Shown piece after piece: positions 49,860-57,005 of a DNA stretch of 64,000 nt. Position 1 is the stretch's first letter. Each line of letters begins with the position of its first letter. Below the pieces are notes generated by a model, which was not told the DNA's origin, made no database searches, and saw only the letters and a list, made by a program, of their open reading frames with translations. The stretch is from Alphaproteobacteria bacterium. GTDB taxonomy: Bacteria > Pseudomonadota > Alphaproteobacteria > Micavibrionales > UBA2020. The DNA is taken from contig DAOMYX010000009.1 in the NCBI GenBank assembly GCA_035437825.1, forward strand, positions 952-64,951. Reading direction: 5' to 3'. Position numbers and translations under genes: made by a program.

Positions 49860-52514
49860 ATGCTTGAAAAAACCTTTGAAAGCAAGGACGTCGAAAAGAA
49901 ACACTACGAAAGCTGGGAAAAATCCGGCGTTTTCGCGGCCGATGTGAAAAGCAACAAGCAGCCCTATTGCATCCCCATGCCGCCGCCCAACGTGACGGGC
50001 AGCCTGCACATGGGCCACGCGCTGACCATGACCCTGCAAGACATCCTGACGCGGTTTGAACGCATGCAGGGCCGCGATGTTCTGTGGCAGCCGGGCACCG
50101 ACCATGCGGGTATTGCGACGCAGATGGTGGTCGAACGTCTTTTGAACAAAGACGGCAAAACCCGCCATGACCTTGGCCGCGATAATTTTTTGAAGCGCGT
50201 GTGGGAGTGGAAAGAAGAATCCGGCTCCACCATCACGCGCCAGCTGCGCCGCCTTGGCGCAACGCCCGACTGGTCGCGCGAGCGTTTCACGATGGACGAG
50301 GGGCTGAACAAGGCCGTCAACAAAGTCTTCGTCCAGCTGTATAAAGAAAAACTGATTTACAAGGACAAGCGCCTTGTGAACTGGGACCCCAAGATGCACA
50401 CCGCGCTGTCCGACCTTGAAGTCGAACAGGTCGAAATCAAGGGCAACATGCACTACTTCCGCTATCCGGTCGAAGGGCAGGTGGAGTGTTTCATCACCAT
50501 CGCCACCACGCGCCCCGAAACCATGCTGGGCGATACGGCGATTGCGGTGCATCCGGATGATGAACGCTATAAAGACCTCGTCGGCAAATTCGCCGCACTG
50601 CCGCTGACGGACCGTCTTATTCCTATTATCGCCGATGAATACGCCGACCCGACCAAGGGAACGGGCGCGGTGAAAATCACGCCTGCGCATGACTTTAACG
50701 ACTTCGAAGTCGGCAAACGCCACAACCTGCCGATGATTTCGATTTTCGACCGTGATGCCAAGGTCAACGAAAACGCGCCGGAGGCCTTCCGCGGTCTTGA
50801 CCGTTTCGAAGCACGCAAAAAAGTGCTGGCGGAGTTGGAAGCGCTCGAGCTTATCGAGAAAATCGAGCCGACCGTCCACGCCGTTCCGCATGACGAAAAA
50901 TCCAAAACGGTTATTCTGGAGCCGTTCCTGACCGAGCAGTGGTATTGCGATGCCGTGACGCTGGCACAGCCTGCCATTAAGGCTGTTGAAGAAGGCCGCA
51001 CCGAATTCGTACCCAAAAACTGGGAAAACACCTATTACCAATGGATGCGCAATATCCAGCCGTGGTGTATTTCGCGCCAGCTGTGGTGGGGGCATCAAAT
51101 CCCCGCATGGTATGATGACGAAGGCAAAGTCTATGTCGCCGAAACCGAAGAAGAAGCGCAGGCAGAGGCCGGCGCAGGCGTGAAGCTGACGCGCGACGAA
51201 GACGTGCTGGATACCTGGTTCTCCTCTGCGCTCTGGCCGTTCTCTACGCTCGGCTGGCCGGAAAACAACGAAGCGGTGAAGCGCTACTATCCGGCTGAAA
51301 CGTTGATTACGGGCTTTGACATCATTTTCTTCTGGGTTGCCCGCATGATGATGATGGGCATCCATTTCATGGGCGATGTACCGTTCAAAAAGGTCTATAT
51401 CCACGCGCTGGTGCGCGATGAAAAAGGCCAGAAGATGTCCAAGACCAAGGGCAACGTCATCGACCCCTTGGACATCATCGACGAATACGGCGCGGATGCG
51501 CTGCGCTTTACCCTGACCGCGCTGGCGGCGCAGGGGCGTGATGTGAAGCTCGGCGCTGCGCGCGTCGAGGGGTATCGCAACTTCGCCACCAAGCTTTGGA
51601 ACGCGTCGCGTTTCTGCGAAATGAACGGCTGCGAACTCAAGCTGGATTACAATCCCAAGGCGGCGCAACATACGCTGAACCGCTGGATTTTGTCCGAACT
51701 GGCGGTCGTGAGCGAAAGCGTGGCGGCCAGCCTCAAGGCTTACCGCTATAACGATGCGGCCATGACGCTGTACCATTTCACATGGGGCACGTTCTGCGAC
51801 TGGTATATCGAATTCACCAAGCCGCTGCTGAATGGCGCGGACGAAGGCGTGAAGCAGGAAACGAAGGATACGACGGGCTGGGTGCTCGACCAGCTGCTGA
51901 CGCTGCTGAACCCCATCATGCCCTATATTACCGAAGAGCTGCACGCCCACCTGATGAACAAAGGCGAGCTGGGCAAGGACGATTGGCTGCAATCGCGCCC
52001 GTGGCCTGTGTTTGACGCCGCAATTGTTGATAAAGCCGCGCAGGCGGAGGTCAACTGGGTGGTGCGTCTTATCACCGAAATCCGCTCCGTCCGTGCGGAC
52101 ATGAACGTACCGGCGGCGGCGCAAATCGAAATGCTGCTCAAAGGTGCGAATGCGGAGAGCAAGGCGCGCCTTGAGAAATACGCCGACATCATCAAACGTC
52201 TCGCCCGTCTGTCGAAAGCAGCGGCGAGCGAAGCGGAAGCGCCCAAAGGCTCCTTGCAAATGGTGATTGACGAGGCGACGATTGTACTGCCCATCGCGGA
52301 CGTCGTTGACCTTGCGCAAGAGCGTGCGCGGTTGCAAAAAGCCATCGAGAAAGAGCAGCAGCAGATTGAGAAAATCAACAAGATGCTGAACAATCAAGGC
52401 TTCCTTGCCAAGGCGCCCGAAGAAGTGGTGGAGGAGCAGAAAGAACTGAAATCCGCCGCCGAAAACACCATCGCCAAGCTCACGCAGGCGCTCAAGCAGA
52501 TAGAGGCGGCATAA
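49860..52514 (+). CDS. valS: valine--tRNA ligase
   Basis: PNVTGSLHMGHA (HIGH) and KMSKTKGN (KMSKS) motifs; C-terminal coiled coil. Confidence 0.97.
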   Translation: MLEKTFESKDVEKKHYESWEKSGVFAADVKSNKQPYCIPMPPPNVTGSLHMGHALTMTLQDILTRFERMQGRDVLWQPGTDHAGIATQMVVERLLNKDGKTRHDLGRDNFLKRVWEWKEESGSTITRQLRRLGATPDWSRERFTMDEGLNKAVNKVFVQLYKEKLIYKDKRLVNWDPKMHTALSDLEVEQVEIKGNMHYFRYPVEGQVECFITIATTRPETMLGDTAIAVHPDDERYKDLVGKFAALPLTDRLIPIIADEYADPTKGTGAVKITPAHDFNDFEVGKRHNLPMISIFDRDAKVNENAPEAFRGLDRFEARKKVLAELEALELIEKIEPTVHAVPHDEKSKTVILEPFLTEQWYCDAVTLAQPAIKAVEEGRTEFVPKNWENTYYQWMRNIQPWCISRQLWWGHQIPAWYDDEGKVYVAETEEEAQAEAGAGVKLTRDEDVLDTWFSSALWPFSTLGWPENNEAVKRYYPAETLITGFDIIFFWVARMMMMGIHFMGDVPFKKVYIHALVRDEKGQKMSKTKGNVIDPLDIIDEYGADALRFTLTALAAQGRDVKLGAARVEGYRNFATKLWNASRFCEMNGCELKLDYNPKAAQHTLNRWILSELAVVSESVAASLKAYRYNDAAMTLYHFTWGTFCDWYIEFTKPLLNGADEGVKQETKDTTGWVLDQLLTLLNPIMPYITEELHAHLMNKGELGKDDWLQSRPWPVFDAAIVDKAAQAEVNWVVRLITEIRSVRADMNVPAAAQIEMLLKGANAESKARLEKYADIIKRLARLSKAAASEAEAPKGSLQMVIDEATIVLPIADVVDLAQERARLQKAIEKEQQQIEKINKMLNNQGFLAKAPEEVVEEQKELKSAAENTIAKLTQALKQIEAA

Positions 52515-52515
52515 G

Positions 52516-52995
52516 ATGAAACCGGGGATTTTCCGCAGACTCATCAACCTCTGGCCGCCCTTTCTGGGGGCGGGTATCAAGGTCAAGGAAATCTCCGACG
52601 ACTATAGCGACTTCAAGGTGGAAATGAAGCTGACGCGGCTGAACCGCAACTATGTCGGTACGCAGTTCGGCGGCTCCATTTACGCCATGACAGACCCGTT
52701 TTATATGCTTATTCTGATGAAGAACCTCGGCAATGATTACATTGTATGGGACAAGGCGGCCGATATCCGCTTCAAACTGCCGGGCAAAGGAAAGCTGACC
52801 GCGCATTTCAACATCAGCAAAGAGCGCATCGCCGAAATTAAGGCGGAGGCCGATACAAATTATAAAGCCGAGCCGCGCTTCACCGTCCATGTAAAAGACG
52901 AAAAGGGCAACGTGGTTGCCGAGGTGGACAAGGTGCTGTACGTCCGCCGCAAAGACAGCAAAAAAACGCCGCCGCAAACGCCGCCCCAGCCCTGA
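52516..52995 (+). CDS. DUF4442-like hotdog-fold (thioesterase-like) protein
   Basis: NLWPPFLGAGIKV...NRNYVGTQFGGSIYAMTDPFYMLILMKNLGNDYIVWDKAA matches my memory of DUF4442 proteins. ATG lies 1 nt after the valS stop. Confidence 0.65.
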   Translation: MKPGIFRRLINLWPPFLGAGIKVKEISDDYSDFKVEMKLTRLNRNYVGTQFGGSIYAMTDPFYMLILMKNLGNDYIVWDKAADIRFKLPGKGKLTAHFNISKERIAEIKAEADTNYKAEPRFTVHVKDEKGNVVAEVDKVLYVRRKDSKKTPPQTPPQP

Positions 52996-53008
52996 GAAAG
53001 AATAGCTG

Positions 53009-53488
53009 ATGATGGAAATCAAGGCCCCTGGCGCCTATGACGTTTACATGAACAAGCCGTCGGTTTTTCTGGCCGGCAGTATCGAAATGGGCGTGGCGGA
53101 GGATTGGCAGGCCAAGGTGTCATCGGCGCTGTCCGTTATGGATGTGCTGGTGCTTAACCCCCGCCGCGATAACTGGGACAGCAGCTGGGCGCAGAATATC
53201 GACAACCCGCCGTTCCGCGAGCAGGTGGAGTGGGAGCTTTCCGCCCTCGACGCCGCCAGCGTGGTTTTGATGTATTTCGACCCTGCGACCAAATCGCCGA
53301 TTACACTGCTGGAGCTGGGTATTCACGCGGCGGCCAATCCGGAAAAACTTATCGTCTGCTGCCCGCAAGGATTCTGGCGCAAGGGGAATGTGGATATCGT
53401 CTGCAACCGCTACGGCGTGCGCCAGACGGAAACGCTGGACGGACTTATCCAGCAAACAGTGCTGCGCCTGCAATCCGCGGCGGCCTGA
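53009..53488 (+). CDS. nucleoside 2-deoxyribosyltransferase-like domain protein
   Basis: VFLAGSIEMG..DWQ, NPRRDNWDSSW, SPITLLELG and CPQGFWRKGNV resemble the Nuc_deoxyri_tr2-type Rossmann-like family. Confidence 0.6.
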   Translation: MMEIKAPGAYDVYMNKPSVFLAGSIEMGVAEDWQAKVSSALSVMDVLVLNPRRDNWDSSWAQNIDNPPFREQVEWELSALDAASVVLMYFDPATKSPITLLELGIHAAANPEKLIVCCPQGFWRKGNVDIVCNRYGVRQTETLDGLIQQTVLRLQSAAA

Positions 53489-53511
53489 TAGACAAGAAAA
53501 GGAAGAATGTG

Positions 53512-53757
53512 ATGATTGGCAAAATTATTGGCGCGCTGGTCGTGCTGGGCATCGTCGGGTATTTTATGGTGTCGCTCGGCAGCAAAGCAAAAGAAGCCCC
53601 GCAAAGCGCGGCCGTCAGCAAGCTGCAAAACGAAATCCAGCAACAGCGCCAGCAGCTGGATAATATCGAAGGCAGCCTGACCGTCCAGCAGCCTGTCGCG
53701 CCTGCGCCGGAAAATGCAGAAGATGCAGAGTCTGACGCTGCCGATACGCAAGAATAA
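53512..53757 (+). CDS. small single-pass membrane protein, Gln-rich and acidic tail
   Basis: MIGKIIGALVVLGIVGYFMVSL TM helix. AAAAGGAAG RBS precedes ATG 53512. The track ORF from 53230 overlaps the previous gene. Confidence 0.5.
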   Translation: MIGKIIGALVVLGIVGYFMVSLGSKAKEAPQSAAVSKLQNEIQQQRQQLDNIEGSLTVQQPVAPAPENAEDAESDAADTQE

Positions 53758-53778
53758 ATCCAGATAATCAACAGCATA

Positions 53779-53810
53779 CCCCGGCCACAAGTCGGGGAGC
53801 GTGGCCGGGG
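53779..53810. terminator. GC-rich hairpin between convergent genes (possible shared terminator)
   Basis: CCCCGGCCAC-12 nt-GTGGCCGGGG is a 10-bp stem. The T-tracts on both sides are weak. Confidence 0.4.
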
Positions 53811-53903
53811 CTTTGCTGCTGAACAACGCCGCAAGAGCGGCGTCTATGTGGGCATATAATCCTTATACGGGTTTACCCCCGTTTCCGGATTAAGCCTTTT
53901 TTG

Positions 53904-54380
53904 TCAGCCTGCAGCTTTTTTTGCGCCTTTTTGCTCGATAAGCTTGCCGCTGCCTGCGGACAAGATTTCAATCTTGCGCGCTTTCATTTCCTCCGGAATT
54001 TCACGGACGAGGGAAATGGTCAGCAGCCCGTTTTCAAGCACGGCGCTTTCCACCTTGATATGGTCGGCCAGCTGGAAGCGGCGTTCAAACGCCCGCGCCG
54101 CGATGCCGCGGTGCAGATAGGTCACGCCTTTGTTATCGTCGCGTTCCTGCGCGCGGCCTTGCACCAGCAGCTGGTTTTCTTTGGACGTGATGTCGATTTC
54201 ATCTTGCGTGAAACCGGCTACGGCCATGGTGATGCGGTACTGGTCGTCGCTGACCTTGACGATGTTATAGGGCGGATAGGCGTTTTCCTGCTCGTTCAGC
54301 ATGCCGGTTTCCAGCATGCGGGAGAGCCGGTCAAAGCCGACGGTGGAGCGGAAAAGCGGGGAAAAGTCAAAAGTGGTCAT
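53904..54380 (-). CDS. Hsp20/alpha-crystallin family small heat-shock protein (IbpA-like)
   Basis: FDFSPLFRSTVGFDRL, YPPYNI, alpha-crystallin core. AAGGAGG RBS 7 nt before ATG 54380. Confidence 0.93.
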   Translation of the reverse strand: MTTFDFSPLFRSTVGFDRLSRMLETGMLNEQENAYPPYNIVKVSDDQYRITMAVAGFTQDEIDITSKENQLLVQGRAQERDDNKGVTYLHRGIAARAFERRFQLADHIKVESAVLENGLLTISLVREIPEEMKARKIEILSAGSGKLIEQKGAKKAAG

Positions 54381-54500
54381 GATGATATCCTCCTTGAGCA
54401 ATATCAGGTTACATGTATCAGGCAGTCATCCCGCTATGCGGGCATGCTGCAGGAAGGTTTTGTAGCGAAGCCCCACCATGGGCACTTCTGCCTTCCTGAT
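54381..54500 (-). promoter_or_regulatory. ROSE-like RNA thermometer 5' UTR of hsp20
   Basis: The last hairpin GAUAUU(G)CU-caagg-AGGAUAUC (54405-54384) pairs the UUGCU motif, with a bulged G, against the Shine-Dalgarno. Upstream hairpins are CAGGAAGG...CCUUCCUG and CCCGC-aua-GCGGG. Confidence 0.55.
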
Positions 54501-54506
54501 AAAATC

Positions 54507-54534
54507 ATATATGCGGATTTTTTCCGGCGTCAAG
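54507..54534 (-). promoter_or_regulatory. heat-shock (sigma32-like) promoter candidate for hsp20
   Basis: Minus strand reads CTTGACG, 17 nt measured from CTTG, then CATATAT (with CCGCATAT resembling CCCCATNT). Confidence 0.45.
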
Positions 54535-54577
54535 ACATGTAAAAAAAAATCAGGAAATTCAAAAATAAAGCGCATAG

Positions 54578-54614
54578 CAAAAAACCGCCCTGCGTATGCG
54601 GGGCGGTTTTTTTG
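54578..54614 (-). terminator. rho-independent terminator of rpmE (bidirectional shape)
   Basis: AAAAAA-CCGCCC-tgcgtatgcg-GGGCGG-TTTTTTT, 30 nt downstream of the rpmE stop. Confidence 0.8.
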
Positions 54615-54643
54615 AAGTTCTGAGCAGCAAAAGACGGCGAAAA

Positions 54644-54904
54644 TTATTTCGCTGCTTTTTTGTCTTCTTTGCCTTCGTCCAGCGTAGCAAGGCCGAGACC
54701 GGCGTACTTGTTGCTGAACTTTGCCAGACGGCCTTTTTCCATCACCTTCGCGGCACCGCCCGTCCAAGCGGGGTGGTTCAGCGGGTCGATGTCGAGGCGC
54801 ATAACGTCGCCGGGTTTGCCCCAGCAGCTGCGCGTCGTGTATTCGGTGCCGTCGGTCATGACGACTTTAATTTCGTGGTAATCGGGATGGATGTCTGCCT
54901 TCAT
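54644..54904 (-). CDS. rpmE: 50S ribosomal protein L31
   Basis: [10 protein letters not shown]...[16 protein letters not shown]. Lacks the CxxC zinc motif. Confidence 0.95.
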   Translation of the reverse strand: MKADIHPDYHEIKVVMTDGTEYTTRSCWGKPGDVMRLDIDPLNHPAWTGGAAKVMEKGRLAKFSNKYAGLGLATLDEGKEDKKAAK

Positions 54905-55111
54905 GGCGATAGCTCCTTAAAATCTTTATCAGGCTGGCTTTTTACAGAGATTTTTCTTATTGTGCAAGCAATTTATTGACTTTGGCGGGCAATAGCCCAT
55001 TCTCTGCCACACGCGGGGGATAAACGGCTTTTTATTTACATAAATAATAAAGCCGCCGCCAGCCAAAAACAAATAAAATCAAAACAAGAAGCACAAGACC
55101 GGCAGCTTACC

Positions 55112-56896
55112 ATGGCACAGGACAGCAATACAGAGGCGGCACCCCGCCGGATGATACAAAAGCCCATCGGGCTGCTCTGGCCGCTTCTGGCGCCCTATAA
55201 ACGCCAGCTGGCGGGGGGAATCGGGGCCTTGATGCTGGCCTCCGGCATGATGCTGGCCATGGGCTGGGGACTCAAGAATATCGTCGACCACGGCTTTGCC
55301 GACACGACGGGGGATTTCCTTGACCGTGCGCTTCTGGTGCTTTTGGCTGTTATCCTGCTGATGGCCGCCGCGACTTATACCCGTGTGCGCCTGATTAACC
55401 AGGTGGCGGAGCGTATTACCACCGATTTGCGCCAGCGCATTTACCTTCATCTGCTCTCGCTCGACCCTGCGTATTTCGAACGTGAAAAAACCGGCGACCA
55501 AGTTTCGCGCATTAACGCGGATACGACGGTTTTGCAACTGGTCGTCACCAGTAACCTGCCGTCTGCTTTCCGGCATTTCCTGATGCTGATTGGCGGGGTC
55601 GCGATGCTTTGCGTGGTCAGCCCCTCCATGACCGGGATTGTCATGCTGGCCGTGCCGCTGGTTGTGGCGCCGATGATTTATTTCGGCCGCCGCGTGCGCG
55701 CCAAATCGCGCGATACGCAATCGCGCGTCGGCGACATCGGCGCCTATACCCATGAAACGCTGATGGGCATGCAAACCATCCAGTCTTTCGGCTACGAAGG
55801 CGAAGCCGCGCGCCGTTTCGATGCGCTGGCCGAAGAGACCTATAACACCGCCAGTAAATATATCCGCGCGCGCGCCTTTCTGGTCGCGTTTGTGATTTTC
55901 ATCGTGCTGGGCGCTATCGGTCTTGTGCTGTGGTCGGGCGGGCATAAAGTTCTTACGGGTGAAATGTCGGCGGGAGAGCTCTCGGCCTTTTTGTTCTATG
56001 CCGCCATGGTTGCGGGCGCCTTGATGGCCGTGAGCGAAGCCATGAGCGATTTCAACCGCGCCAGCGGCGCCGCTGACCGCATCATCCAGCTGTTGGCGGC
56101 GGAACCTGCCGTGCAGCCCTCTGCGCAAGGGTTGACTTTGCCCGAAAACGTGGCGGGCTATGTGACGTTTGACGGCGTGACATTCAGCTATCCGACAAGG
56201 CCGGAGCGTCTGGCGCTCGACCGTGTATCTTTCACGGTGACCGCGGGCGAAGTGATTGCACTGGTGGGGCCGAGTGGCGCGGGCAAATCCACCATCTTCC
56301 AGCTGCTGCAGCGCTTTTACGACCCGCAGCAGGGCGCGATTTCGATTGATGGTGTTGACGTACGCGACCTCGACCCGCGTCATGTGCGCGCGGCGCTGGG
56401 CGTTGTGTCGCAAGACCCGGCCGTTTTTTCGATGTCGGTTGCCGAAAATATCCGCATCGGCCGGCCGGATGCCACAGATGCCGAGGTGATGCATGCCGCA
56501 GAGATGGCGCAGGCGCATGGATTTATTTCCGAGCTGCCGCAAGGATACGAAACCATGGTCGGGGAGCGTGGCAACCGTCTTTCCGGCGGGCAGCGCCAGC
56601 GCATCGCGATTGCGCGCGCGCTTTTGAAAAATCCGGCGATATTGCTGCTGGACGAAGCAACCTCTGCACTTGATTCATCAAACGAGCAAGCCGTGCATCT
56701 GGCGCTGCGCGAACTGATGAAAGGCCGCACGACATTCGTGATTGCGCACCGCCTGTCCACAGTGCAGGACGCCGACCGTATTTTCGTACTCGACCAAGGC
56801 CGCATCGTTGCGGCGGGCACGCATCACCATTTGTTCGGGCAAGACAGGCTCTATACCCACCTTGCCGGATTGCAGGACTTGCGCGCGGCGGGGTAA
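55112..56896 (+). CDS. ABC transporter, fused permease/ATP-binding protein (MsbA/ABCB-like exporter)
   Basis: Six-TM domain followed by Walker A GPSGAGKST, LSGGQRQRIAIARA, ILLLDEATSALD and the H-loop IAHRL. Confidence 0.92.
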   Translation: MAQDSNTEAAPRRMIQKPIGLLWPLLAPYKRQLAGGIGALMLASGMMLAMGWGLKNIVDHGFADTTGDFLDRALLVLLAVILLMAAATYTRVRLINQVAERITTDLRQRIYLHLLSLDPAYFEREKTGDQVSRINADTTVLQLVVTSNLPSAFRHFLMLIGGVAMLCVVSPSMTGIVMLAVPLVVAPMIYFGRRVRAKSRDTQSRVGDIGAYTHETLMGMQTIQSFGYEGEAARRFDALAEETYNTASKYIRARAFLVAFVIFIVLGAIGLVLWSGGHKVLTGEMSAGELSAFLFYAAMVAGALMAVSEAMSDFNRASGAADRIIQLLAAEPAVQPSAQGLTLPENVAGYVTFDGVTFSYPTRPERLALDRVSFTVTAGEVIALVGPSGAGKSTIFQLLQRFYDPQQGAISIDGVDVRDLDPRHVRAALGVVSQDPAVFSMSVAENIRIGRPDATDAEVMHAAEMAQAHGFISELPQGYETMVGERGNRLSGGQRQRIAIARALLKNPAILLLDEATSALDSSNEQAVHLALRELMKGRTTFVIAHRLSTVQDADRIFVLDQGRIVAAGTHHHLFGQDRLYTHLAGLQDLRAAG

Positions 56897-56903
56897 CCCG
56901 CAG

Positions 56904-56984
56904 GTCATTCCGGCGCAGGCCGGAATCCATAAAAAACATCACAGGCGTATAAAGAAGATGGACACCGGCCTGCGCCGGTGTGAC
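56904..56984. mobile_element. 81-bp MITE-like nested palindromic element, second copy
   Basis: GTCATTCCGGCgcagGCCGGAATCCAT (56904-56930) and ATGGACACCGGCctgcGCCGGTGTGAC (56958-56984) are inverted copies. They differ only by compensating TT..AA versus CA..TG stem changes. Confidence 0.7.
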
Positions 56985-57005
56985 GGGTGTTTTGTGCGGG
57001 GAGTG

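Noticed and set aside
49815-52586. 923-aa minus-strand ORF, the longest non-annotated ORF in the window
   Set aside because: It exactly mirrors valS, which has HIGH and KMSKS motifs on the + strand. The product is Arg/Phe/His-rich with no recognisable domain.
53901-54542. 213-aa + strand ORF; also 47889-48281 (+, 130 aa)
   Set aside because: They are the antisense of the hsp20 gene and of the RHH gene respectively, both of which have strong family matches and RBSs.
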